Origin: an uncultured Candidatus Saccharibacteria bacterium
Lineage (GTDB): Bacteria > Patescibacteriota > Minisyncoccia > Phycocordibacterales > Phycocordibacteraceae
DNA length: 51,948 nt
Reading direction: 5' to 3'
Assembly (NCBI GenBank): GCA_964634595.1
Contig: CAZWKU010000003.1
Coordinates: forward strand, 1-51,948
A program made the translations under genes and the position numbers. The stretch's first letter is position 1. Each line of letters begins with the position of its first letter. Of the stretch, positions 1-8,726 are shown piece after piece. A model generated the notes under the pieces. The model was not told the DNA's origin. It worked only from the letters and a program-made list of their open reading frames with translations, and ran no database searches.

Positions 1-307
1 TTTTCAATGAACTCATGGGCAACTGAAAAGCCCTCCTGCTTTGCGAGAGCACGCTCCCCCTCCACAGCCGCAAAAATCTGCCGAAGACTTGAGATCAATT
101 TTGCGCTCGATGACGCAAAAGGTCGGGCAGGAAAAGGAGAAAAAACAAAACGATCAGCAACAGTCGCTCAAAGGTGCGCTTGCGGGTGTCCTCACAAAAA
201 GTCCGCCACCAGCCACACACGAGCCAGCTCCCCCGCGAGCGAGAGAGGAGAAACCATTTGAAGTACCTGAAGAAAAGCTCAGGTCGGTTCTGCGGGGCGA
301 TGCGTAG
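1..307 (+). CDS. 3' end of a gene entering from the left, with an apparent 1-nt frameshift near 18-20; possibly the low-complexity C-terminal tail of a VirD4/TraD-like coupling ATPase
   Basis: Frame 3 reads FNELMGN* (stop 24-26). Frame 2 continues GQLKSPPALREHAPPP...KPFEVPEEKLRSVLRGDA* to 307. One extra G in the GGG run joins them. The family guess comes only from memory of similar CPR tails. Confidence 0.4.
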
Positions 308-312
308 CGCCT

Positions 313-1442
313 ATGGCAAAGTTTTTTGCGACCGTCGCCCTTGCACTTATGGTGCCGAGCTTTGCCGCTGGGGCAGGGCTTATTAATATTAATACTGCTG
401 ATGGCACTCTCCTCGATACCCTCCCAGGGATAGGGCTGGTAAAGGCGCAGGCTATTGTCGATTACCGTGAGTTGAACGGGCATTTTTGCGCATCGAGGAT
501 ATTCAAAACGTGAGCGGCATCGGCCCGGCTACCTATGCTGACATCGCGGCACTTATTACCGTGGGGTTAGTAGCCCCGCCGGTCACAGCCCCAGCTACTG
601 CTACGAGCACCGTGTCGGCATCTACTACACCCTCATCTGACATTGCTCAAAGTGGTGGGGTAGGGGGCGAGCCCGACTATCTGCCTATACCGAGGCTTCG
701 TATCGTGACGCACGCGCCGCGTGAGGTTATTGCGGGCGCAGACACCGTTTTTTCAGCCAGAGTTTTTGATGAGAATGGTCGGCTCCGTGACGATGCGCGT
801 GTCTCGTGGGTCTTTGGCGATGGGCGAGAGCAGAAGGGCGCGAGTGTTTACCACATTTTCTATGAGTCTGGTGAGTATGCTGTTTCTGTTTTCGCAACGA
901 CTGAATATGGCGGCGAGGCCGAGGCCGAATTCACCATCACCGCCCGCACCGCAGGAGTCTCAATAATCGCGAATGATGCGCGAGGTATTACGGTTGCACA
1001 TACCGGTACCACTGCGCTCGACCTTTCACGGTGGCGGCTCCGGGGCGGGGCAGGTGGGGAGTTTGTTATACCTGAGCGTACCCGTATTCTTGCAAACAAG
1101 AGTGTCACTTTTGCACCGCAAGTGACAGGCCTCTCTCCTTCGCCCGCCGCACTTCTCGTATATCCAAGTGGTGAAGTAGCGGCGATATATCCAGGCCCTG
1201 CCACGAAACCTTTAGCAGGCACTGAGCGTTCTAATAAAGTGCAGAGGGTTGAAACGGTTACTAAGATAAGCCCGAAGGCCTATGAAGAACCAGCAGTACT
1301 AGCCCCCACGACCACGGCTCTCGCCGCGGTCGCGGGGGCTCCCGTGCAAACTTCAAGTACCTCTCTACTTATCTCTCCGTGGACGCTTAGTTTTGCTCTC
1401 GTAGTGCTCGCGGGGGCGGCCGCGCTTCGTTTTTCTCGATGA
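313..1442 (+). CDS. comEA: ComEA-like helix-hairpin-helix DNA-binding protein with PKD-like and lamin-tail-like domains and a C-terminal TM anchor; split by a 1-nt frameshift at ~483-487
   Basis: Signal peptide, then ININTAD..LDTLPGIGLVKAQAIVDYRELNGHF in ORF 313-513. The HhH continues as RIEDIQNVSGIGPATYADI in ORF 486-1442; one more T in CATTTTTGCG restores the frame. PKD-like SWVFGDG..HIFYESGEY.V; hydrophobic C-terminus. Confidence 0.8.
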
Positions 1443-2596
1443 AACGCATACTCATTTTCTCTCTCGCATACTATCCGCATGTCGGCGGCGCTGAAGTCGC
1501 ACTCAAAGAGCTGACTGACCGCATGCCAGACATCGAGTGGCACATGCTCACGATGCAGTTTGGAGGGAGCCCGCACGTGGAGCGGGTAGGGAATGTCCAT
1601 GTCTACCGAATCGGTCCGCCAGCTGGCGGAGGCGGTTCGTACCTTTCAAAAATACTTTTCATACTGCGCGCCGCGAAAGCGGCGCGCGCCCTGCACCGTA
1701 CGCACCCTTTTGACGCCCTGTGGGCAATGATGACCTACATGATTTTTCCTGTTGTATTTGCAAATCTACGCATCCCTTACATCCTATCGCTTCAAGACGG
1801 CGATCCGTTTGAGCGGGTATTTCGACGCTGGTACATCCTCCCATTCTTACCACTCTTGCGAAGAGGGTTCCGTAAGGCCTCCGCAGTCACTGCGCTCTCG
1901 ACGTATCTTGCGGCATGGGCAAAAAAAATGGGATATCAAGGCGCAGTAGCCATAATACCCAATGGTGCTGATCTTGCGCGTTTTACTCCGCACGCTAATT
2001 CTATAGAGACTAGTGGCGTAGTAAACCTTGTCACCTCATCTCGTCTAGTGCACAAGAACGCGCTTGACGATGTAATTCGTGCTCTCGTGCTTCTCCCGAA
2101 AAATATTCATTTCATAATATACGGTTCAGGCAAAGAGGAGCAATCACTCAAAGAGTTGGCGCGAACCTTGAAAGTTTCTGAAAGGGTCTTGTTCAGGGGT
2201 TATGTCCCTCATGCTGAGTTAGCGCGCGCATTTGCCACGGCACACATTTTCATTCGCCCATCGCGTACTGAAGGATTTGGGGCCTCTTTTGTCGAGGCGA
2301 TGGCGGCGGGGCTCCCGGTCATCGCAACTCAAGAGGGAGGCGTTGCTGATTTTTTGTTCGACGAAAAACGAAACCCTGATAAACCCACAACAGGGTGGGC
2401 AGTCGACCCCGATGCGCCAGAGCAAATCGCGGATGCTGTAAAAGACATCATGACTAACCCAGACAAAGTCGCTCGCGTGAGAGACAGCGCTCTGGCGCTC
2501 GTACGCGAAAAGTACGATTGGGACATTATTGCGAAGCAAATGCACGCTCAATTTGAGGCCGTATTTACTCACGCGCACAACACCTTGACAAAGTAG
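1439..2596 (+). CDS. Glycosyltransferase family 4 (GT-B)
   Basis: YYPHVGGAE N-terminus; IPNGADL; FIRPSRTEGFGASFVEAMAAGLPVIAT. Confidence 0.92.
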   Translation: MKRILIFSLAYYPHVGGAEVALKELTDRMPDIEWHMLTMQFGGSPHVERVGNVHVYRIGPPAGGGGSYLSKILFILRAAKAARALHRTHPFDALWAMMTYMIFPVVFANLRIPYILSLQDGDPFERVFRRWYILPFLPLLRRGFRKASAVTALSTYLAAWAKKMGYQGAVAIIPNGADLARFTPHANSIETSGVVNLVTSSRLVHKNALDDVIRALVLLPKNIHFIIYGSGKEEQSLKELARTLKVSERVLFRGYVPHAELARAFATAHIFIRPSRTEGFGASFVEAMAAGLPVIATQEGGVADFLFDEKRNPDKPTTGWAVDPDAPEQIADAVKDIMTNPDKVARVRDSALALVREKYDWDIIAKQMHAQFEAVFTHAHNTLTK

Positions 2597-2613
2597 CCCA
2601 TAGGGTGTATACT
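2585..2613 (+). promoter_or_regulatory. Sigma70-type promoter for the orphan gene at 2772
   Basis: TTGACA (2585-2590), 17-bp spacer, TATACT (2608-2613). Confidence 0.8.
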
Positions 2614-2619
2614 ATATTA

Positions 2620-2771
2620 TAGTTCTTTGATAGCGTTACTGACTTCGCCACAGGATAGAGACGCTGATTATTTCGGCCTCTGTGCCCTGTGGTGAAAACC
2701 GCGGGTACGCAGAGCCTGCCTCGCACATTGGGTGTGGGGGTGGTACAGCGTACGCACACTAGGAGTGTGTG
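2620..2771 (+). promoter_or_regulatory. ~150-nt structured 5' leader (candidate cis-regulatory RNA)
   Basis: Hairpin A 2644-2696; mutually exclusive GAAA-capped hairpin B 2678-2714; GU-rich hairpin 2716-2743; hairpin 2753-2771 enclosing the AGGAG RBS. Confidence 0.55.
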
Positions 2772-3452
2772 ATGAAAAATGCAACTTACGACCAGATTAA
2801 GGACCTTGCCGTTCGCGTCTTAAACCTCAACAAGGGCAAACTCGACGGCGCGGCGTACGATCGCGGTACCCAGGGATTCTCGAACGAGGACGTCGCAAAC
2901 CGACTCATTGCATTCGTGAACAACGGCCTTTCTTTCATCATGAAAGGTCCGAGCGCGCTCATTATCGACCGCACCAGGTCTTTCAATCCGGTCACATTTT
3001 TCGGTAACGACTGGACGATATGGCGCGGGGCGAAAGAGAGCGATGGTCTTACGGGCGAAGAGGCTCAAGATGCCACCTCTCTCGCGCTCGCCGAGATCGA
3101 CTTTGCCAAGGCACTCTTCACAGTGTGCCTCAAAGAGGGCGAGACGACTATCACGGGCGAGGAGAAGCTTGTGCGGCATATCGCGGCGAAACACGTCCGC
3201 CTCGACGCAAGAGTTGGACAGTGTCTCTTTGAAGAAAAAGGTCAAGCGACCCTGGAATGGCTCTACCAGAACTTCGGCATAACCTGGTTCGAATTGCCTG
3301 GTACTGTTCTCCGCAACTCGGACGGCGATCGGTGCTTCCTCTATCTCTTTCGCAGCGGCGATGGTCGTTGGGGCTGGGACTGCTGCTGGCTCGACTATGT
3401 TCGGCGCGCCGGGGGCCTGTCTGCGGTTCTCGCAAGTAGCACTCAACCCTAA
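2772..3452 (+). CDS. Putative DGR variable (target) protein with CLec-like C-terminus
   Basis: AGGAG RBS at 2761-2765. C-terminus GTVLRNSDGDRCFLYLFRSGDGRWGWDCCWLDYVRRAGGLSAVLAS resembles CPR DGR target C-termini as I recall them. A-depleted NNY codons at 3312-3416. Confidence 0.7.
   Translation: MKNATYDQIKDLAVRVLNLNKGKLDGAAYDRGTQGFSNEDVANRLIAFVNNGLSFIMKGPSALIIDRTRSFNPVTFFGNDWTIWRGAKESDGLTGEEAQDATSLALAEIDFAKALFTVCLKEGETTITGEEKLVRHIAAKHVRLDARVGQCLFEEKGQATLEWLYQNFGITWFELPGTVLRNSDGDRCFLYLFRSGDGRWGWDCCWLDYVRRAGGLSAVLASSTQP
3312..3452 (+). other. Putative DGR variable region (VR)
   Basis: 28 of 35 codons in 3312-3416 end in C or T and none ends in A; only 10 A in 105 nt; invariant-looking TGG codons interleaved with GAC/TGC/GGC/TAT. 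Confidence 0.65.
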
Positions 3453-3494
3453 AACACTGTGCCCTAGTCCTTCCGACTTTTGCACTTTGCTCTC

Positions 3495-3519
3495 GGGCTC
3501 CGCATTTTCTGCGGAGCCC
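3495..3519 (+). terminator. Perfect 10-bp GC-rich hairpin: intrinsic terminator and/or DGR homing hairpin
   Basis: GGGCTCCGCA-TTTTC-TGCGGAGCCC followed by ATTTCTTTTAT, 42 nt after the stop codon. Confidence 0.7.
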
Positions 3520-3561
3520 ATTTCTTTTATACTGTCATTGGTAGTAGGCGAATCTGTTTAC

Positions 3562-3580
3562 AGCAAGGTTTAACCTTGCT
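3562..3580. repeat. 19-bp palindrome
   Basis: AGCAAGGTT-T-AACCTTGCT. Confidence 0.8.
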
Positions 3581-3701
3581 ACGAATACGAAACTAGGGAT
3601 GGTAAGCCAGAGGTTGTAACTTCATACACCGGTCTTTTGATGCAGGGGAATGCTCGCGAACTGCGGGCGATTCTTCTGCACAAGTGCGGTACTATCAAAC
3701 A

Positions 3702-5756
3702 ATGAAAGTTGTGATTGCGACTCCTCTCTACCCGCCCGAGATTGGCGGGCCTGCGACGTATACGGCGGTGCTAGAGCGAGAACTGCCAAAGCAAGGCGTT
3801 GAGGTAGAGGTGGTGAAGTTTGCTGATGCACGCCGCATGCCAAAGGTGATACGGCATCTTGCGTACTATCGCCTACTTTTAAAACGCGCAAAGAGTGCTG
3901 ATGTTATTTTTGCTCTTGACCCTGTCTCGGTGGGCCTGCCTGCCTATTGGGTAGCCAAAAAGCTCAAAAAGCCTTTAGTAGTAAAAGTGGTGGGCGATTA
4001 TGCGTGGGAGCAGGGGGTACAGCGCTTTGGTATTACCGCGTCGCTTGATGCGTTTGTGCGGGAGAGGCGCGCGCCCGTGGCGGTGCGGGTGTTGCGCGCG
4101 ATACAGACCCGCGTCGCGCGAAGCGCGACGCGCATTATTGTCCCCTCAGAGTACTTGCGCCACATTGTGAGCGCATGGGGCACGGTGGCTAACAAGGCAG
4201 GCACTGCACGACAAAAGATCGATGTGATATATAACGCAGTCCCGACGGAGCCTCCAGCACCTCTCACGACGGTGTTTGCGGACATGCCTCGCCCACGTAT
4301 CGTCTCGGTCGGTCGCCTCGTACCCTGGAAGGGTTTTGAAGGTCTTATCGATGCAGTGGCTGATCTTCGTGAAAAGGGTATACGCGCTTCGCTTGCCATT
4401 ATTGGTGATGGCCCCGATCGTGAGGCACTCAAGGGCTACCTGCGAGAGAGGCTGGGGATACATGGAGCTTGTTTGGCCGGATCTCTCTCACGTAGCGAGG
4501 TGCTTGCGGCTATAAAAAATGCAGACGTCTTCGCACTTAATTCTTCATACGAGGGCCTGTCACATGTACTTATTGAGGCGCTCGCACTTGGGGTACCTAT
4601 TGTTGCGACTCGTGCAGGCGGTAACAGTGAACTTATACAAGACGGAGTGAATGGGTTGCTGGTCCCCGTGGGTGACCCTGAAAGCCTTGCAGATGCTTTG
4701 AGCCGCGTCCTCACTGACAAGGCACTCTCGGCTAAACTTTCATTGGGAGCAAAACTATCGGCCCGGCGATTTGAGGAGCGCTCTATGATAGCGGCAACGA
4801 CCAAACTACTCACTGAAGTCGTTGCTGAGCAAAAGGCGCGGCGAGTGCTCATGATCAGTGGAGACTCAAAACTGCTAGTTGCGGGTACCGAGGCGGCAAA
4901 GCGTCTTGCGCTTCAGCGGGGTGCTGTTGAGCGTCTTGATGTCTTTGTGTGGCCACACACACATTCGTTTTTCGCAATACTACGCGCGGTACGCACTCAT
5001 GAGTACGACGTCATTACCGCGCAAGACCCTTTTTTGCGCGGCTTGCTTGCCTACGTTTTAACGCGTTTCTCTAAGGCCCGTTTCAATGTGCAGGTACATA
5101 CCGATCTTTCAGCGCAACCTTACTGGCGACACATTCTTGCTCATTTCTTACTACGTCGTGCTGATTCTATACGCGTGGTTACCGAGAAGGTTCGTGTACA
5201 GGTTGCACAGCATACTACGGCAACGCACATAACCGTGCTCCCGATTTTTACTGACATCTCACGCTTTACGCAGATAAAGCATCGCCCGCAGAAGTCTAAA
5301 AAGACCATTATGTGGATCGGTCGTTTCGAGGCTGAAAAAGATCCCCACAAAGCGCTTGCAGTCTTGCGCGAGGTGCGAGGTGCAGGAGTTGATGCTGTGC
5401 TGGTCATGCTCGGTGCCGGCTCCCTTGAACATTCGCTTGCACAAGCGGCGGCAGGGCTCCCGGTTGAGTTCCCCGGATGGGGAGACCCAGTTCAACATCT
5501 TGCCAAGGCAGACGTTGTCATAAGTACCTCAATGCATGAGAGCTATGGCGCGAGCATTATTGAAGCTCTTGCGGCAGGTGTGCCGGTGGTCTCTCTTGAC
5601 TATGGTATTGCACGCGAGGCAGGGGCGATCATCGCGTCAAAAACAGAGCTTGGCGCGCGCGTCATCGAAGTGCTTAAAACAAAAACGCGCGGCGAATTAA
5701 AACTCAAGGTACTCACCAAAGAGGAGTGGGTCGAGGTATGGCTCAAGTCACTATGA
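3702..5756 (+). CDS. Fusion of two GT4 glycosyltransferases
   Basis: MKVVIATPLYPPEIGGPATY...NSSYEGLSHVLIEALALGVP, then a second GT-B starting RRVLMISGD...SMHESYGASIIEALAAGVP; start moved to ATG 3702. Confidence 0.88.
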   Translation: MKVVIATPLYPPEIGGPATYTAVLERELPKQGVEVEVVKFADARRMPKVIRHLAYYRLLLKRAKSADVIFALDPVSVGLPAYWVAKKLKKPLVVKVVGDYAWEQGVQRFGITASLDAFVRERRAPVAVRVLRAIQTRVARSATRIIVPSEYLRHIVSAWGTVANKAGTARQKIDVIYNAVPTEPPAPLTTVFADMPRPRIVSVGRLVPWKGFEGLIDAVADLREKGIRASLAIIGDGPDREALKGYLRERLGIHGACLAGSLSRSEVLAAIKNADVFALNSSYEGLSHVLIEALALGVPIVATRAGGNSELIQDGVNGLLVPVGDPESLADALSRVLTDKALSAKLSLGAKLSARRFEERSMIAATTKLLTEVVAEQKARRVLMISGDSKLLVAGTEAAKRLALQRGAVERLDVFVWPHTHSFFAILRAVRTHEYDVITAQDPFLRGLLAYVLTRFSKARFNVQVHTDLSAQPYWRHILAHFLLRRADSIRVVTEKVRVQVAQHTTATHITVLPIFTDISRFTQIKHRPQKSKKTIMWIGRFEAEKDPHKALAVLREVRGAGVDAVLVMLGAGSLEHSLAQAAAGLPVEFPGWGDPVQHLAKADVVISTSMHESYGASIIEALAAGVPVVSLDYGIAREAGAIIASKTELGARVIEVLKTKTRGELKLKVLTKEEWVEVWLKSL

Positions 5757-6829
5757 AGCCGCTTTCGGTGTGCATGTTTGGTTTTAATGAGACCGAAGAG
5801 GGCGGACGACCGTGGATGATCAGAACAGGGCTTGAGGAGAACGGCGTCACGATCGTGCCGTGTCGTACAGGCGCAACGGGTATGCGGGCAAAATATCGTG
5901 AGCTCTACCGCCTTTGGCAGGGCGTAGGGCACGTTGACGCTCTCTATGTGGTCTTTCTTGGGTACTACCTTATGCCGCTCGCGTGGTATCTCGCGCGCGG
6001 CAGGGGGGCGCCTGTCATTCTTGATGCATTTATTTCGCTCTACGATACCGAGGTTAATGATCGTAAGCGGGTGAGGCCAGGCACTCCTCACGCGTGGTTC
6101 TTGTGGTGCGTTGATTGGCTCGCTTGTGCTCTCGCAGATGCAGTCGTCGTTGATACCCACGGTCACGGGGAGTATTTTGCGAAGCGTTATTTTGTACGAA
6201 AGGAGAAAATAATAGTGGCTCCCATTGGTTGCCGCTCTGATGTGTTTGTACCTCGTGCGAAGAGCAAGAATGCTGAGTTCACCATCGAATTTCATGGCAG
6301 GTTTATCCCGCTCCAGGGCATCGAGCATATCCTCGAAGCGGCACGTGCGTTGCAAGAGCGTGGTGAGCGCGTACGTTTTGAGATTATTGGTGACGGGCAG
6401 ACTTCCTCGCAGATGCAGGGCTTAGCGACCAAGCTCAAGCTTGCCAATGTACAATTTCTTGGTACCAAAAGTCATCGGGAGGTTGCAGAGGCTATCGCGC
6501 GAGCAGATATCTGTCTCGGCATTTTTGGCACTACTGAAAAAGCTCTGCGGGTAATACCTAATAAGGTGTATGAGTGTTTGAGCATGGGTAAGGCAGTAGT
6601 CACGGAGCGGTCGCCTGCGGCTCTCGAATATTTGCGAGATGGCGAAGAGGTTCGTATGGTGCCGCCTGGCGATGGCGAGGCACTTGCTGGTGCGATTATT
6701 GAACTCAAAAATGATCCGAACCTTCGCACGCAAATGGGGGCACGAGCGCGGGGGATAGCAGAAACTACCTTCTCTACTCGAGAGATTGTCAAAGACCTTA
6801 TTGCATGGATAGAGAGTCATCGAGTATGA
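5753..6829 (+). CDS. Glycosyltransferase family 4
   Basis: FHGRFIPLQGIEHI; CLGIFGTTEKALRVIPNKVYECLSMGKAVVT; ATGA overlap with the upstream stop. Confidence 0.9.
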   Translation: MKPLSVCMFGFNETEEGGRPWMIRTGLEENGVTIVPCRTGATGMRAKYRELYRLWQGVGHVDALYVVFLGYYLMPLAWYLARGRGAPVILDAFISLYDTEVNDRKRVRPGTPHAWFLWCVDWLACALADAVVVDTHGHGEYFAKRYFVRKEKIIVAPIGCRSDVFVPRAKSKNAEFTIEFHGRFIPLQGIEHILEAARALQERGERVRFEIIGDGQTSSQMQGLATKLKLANVQFLGTKSHREVAEAIARADICLGIFGTTEKALRVIPNKVYECLSMGKAVVTERSPAALEYLRDGEEVRMVPPGDGEALAGAIIELKNDPNLRTQMGARARGIAETTFSTREIVKDLIAWIESHRV

Positions 6830-7716
6830 AGCTCCTTATTTGTACACAAGCGGTCGATACGAACGACTCTGATCTTGGTTTTTTTGTGCGGTGGGTCGAG
6901 GAGTTTGCAAAACGGTGCGAGCAGGTTGAGGTACTGTGCTTACGGAGGGGCGAGGGTGTTTTACCTGCAAATGTCCATGTGCGGGTACTCCCGCGCGGGA
7001 GACTTTCTCGTGCGCTCGCCCTCCTTGGGTATGCAGTGCGCCTGCACAAACAGTATGACGTAGTGTTTGTGCACATGAATCCTGAGTACCTTGTTGTTAC
7101 GGGACTTTTGTGGCGGCTCCTGGGGAAAAAGATAGCGCTTTGGTATACCCACAAGAGTGTGACTCTGAAGCTTCGTATTGCGGTACTGTTTGCCCATGTT
7201 GTCTTTACCGCCTCAAAAGAGAGTTTTCGCTTGCGCACGAGTAGGGGGCAGGTTATGGGGCATGGCATCGACACAGATTTTTTCACTCCTGACCCGACCG
7301 TCTCGCGGGGCTCGTGGGCGCTCTCGGTAGGGCGGCTTATGAAGAGTAAGCGGCACGATCTTGCAATTCGCACTGCTGTCGCGGCAAACCGCGAGCTCCG
7401 TATTGCGGGTGAAGGCCCGGAGCGAAAACGTCTCGAAGCGCTGGCACGCGAGCTTACTGCGAGTGTGCATTTCTTGGGAGGCCTCACACAAGCGCAGTTG
7501 CGCGACGAGTATCGTCATGCCAATCACCTTATCCATACGAGTGAAACGGGCAGTCTCGACAAGGTGCTTCTTGAGGCGCTTGCGTGTGGGCTTGTGGTGA
7601 AGACGAATGACCCGGCGCTAACATTTCTTGAGCAACAGGGGCCTGAGTATGTGCGCGCTCACCACTCGCTCCCAAAACTCATTCGTGCCATAGTAGAAAC
7701 ACTCGATACGCTATGA
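6826..7716 (+). CDS. Glycosyltransferase family 4
   Basis: SVGRLMKSKRHD; HTSETGSLDKVLLEALACG; ATGA overlap. Confidence 0.88.
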   Translation: MKLLICTQAVDTNDSDLGFFVRWVEEFAKRCEQVEVLCLRRGEGVLPANVHVRVLPRGRLSRALALLGYAVRLHKQYDVVFVHMNPEYLVVTGLLWRLLGKKIALWYTHKSVTLKLRIAVLFAHVVFTASKESFRLRTSRGQVMGHGIDTDFFTPDPTVSRGSWALSVGRLMKSKRHDLAIRTAVAANRELRIAGEGPERKRLEALARELTASVHFLGGLTQAQLRDEYRHANHLIHTSETGSLDKVLLEALACGLVVKTNDPALTFLEQQGPEYVRAHHSLPKLIRAIVETLDTL

Positions 7717-8726
7717 GTCGCATTGTTTTTCTTTTTACGAACGATAAAAGCAAACTTATCGCCGATGTTAAAGGGGGGAGGGATGCCGACACTGCGCTCC
7801 ATGGTTTAAATCATGTCCCGGCAGCCGATTATCTTGTCGTTCACCCGACCGCTTTGAGTAGTCTTGCCTTTGTTCCCCGGCTCCTTACGTACGATTTTGT
7901 TCTGACCCAAGATCATCTTTTTCTTGGATACGTCGTATCTGCAGTGGCGCGTCTTTTGAGGAGAAAAACCAAGTGGCTCTACTTCACCATGACCGCCTCG
8001 ATCTTGGTGAAGAAGCACGCTAACCACTTTTGGCGTCTTGCGCTTCTCAAGCTCTTTTGGCGTAGCTACGCCTGCATTATCTGCATTACGTCTGAGCAGA
8101 AAAAAGATTTAATCGCATGCGGGGTTGCGCCTCGACGTCTTGTCTTTATCCCATTTCCGATCGATGCTAACTTTTTTACGAAGCTAAAAGCAACCGAGGA
8201 GGATTTTGTCGTTTCAGTCGGGAGAGACGCCGCTCGCGACTACCCAACCCTTATTCGGGCGGCCGAGCACACGCAAGAAAAAATCACCATTGCATGCGCG
8301 CCCCATAATATCCCTAGCGGTCTGTCCATACCAAGCAATGTCACTGTGCGCCACGACGCTGGCCTCGTAGAGGTTCGTGATTTATACGCGCGCTGTCGGT
8401 TGGTTACTGTCGTATCAAAAAACTTTAATGAGCCAGTCGGGTCGGATTGTTCTGGGCAGACCGTGATCCTTGAAGCCCTTGCGGTGGGGAAGCCAGTCAT
8501 CGCCACCTATCGCCCCTGGATAATTGACTACTTCATACCGGGAGAAGATTTGATAGTGGTAGAGCCTGGTAACCCCGAGGCGCTTGCAGAGGCGATTACT
8601 GCGCTTGCGCGAGACCCTGAGAAGCGCGCTCGACTTGCAGAGCGCGGTCGTGCAAAGGTGTTTGCGCACTACACCACCAAAATATTTACCGCGTCGCTCA
8701 CACGACTGCTCGAGACGCTCTCATGA
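7713..8726 (+). CDS. Glycosyltransferase family 4
   Basis: SVGRDAARDYPTL; SGQTVILEALAVGKPVIAT. Confidence 0.88.
   Translation: MSRIVFLFTNDKSKLIADVKGGRDADTALHGLNHVPAADYLVVHPTALSSLAFVPRLLTYDFVLTQDHLFLGYVVSAVARLLRRKTKWLYFTMTASILVKKHANHFWRLALLKLFWRSYACIICITSEQKKDLIACGVAPRRLVFIPFPIDANFFTKLKATEEDFVVSVGRDAARDYPTLIRAAEHTQEKITIACAPHNIPSGLSIPSNVTVRHDAGLVEVRDLYARCRLVTVVSKNFNEPVGSDCSGQTVILEALAVGKPVIATYRPWIIDYFIPGEDLIVVEPGNPEALAEAITALARDPEKRARLAERGRAKVFAHYTTKIFTASLTRLLETLS

Noticed and set aside
2686-2720. Resemblance of GAAA hairpin plus GGGTACGCAGAGCC to the c-di-GMP-I (GEMM) riboswitch GGGACGCAAAGCC
   Set aside because: The GCAAA/GUAAA 5' strand of the internal loop and the second-stem receptor are absent; kept only as an unclassified structured leader pending an Infernal search
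2820-3521. Long antisense or alternative-frame ORFs (e.g. 2820-3521, 5600-6355, 10159-10761, 12391-13287, 18457-19140, 32046-32786, 34322-35023, 47274-47957, 49379-50287)
   Set aside because: They are shadows of well-supported genes on the other strand or frame and show no recognisable motifs
3568-3720. Integron attC site (GTTTAAC fits RYYYAAC at 3568-3574)
   Set aside because: No complementary GTTRRRY at a suitable distance and no integrase in the window
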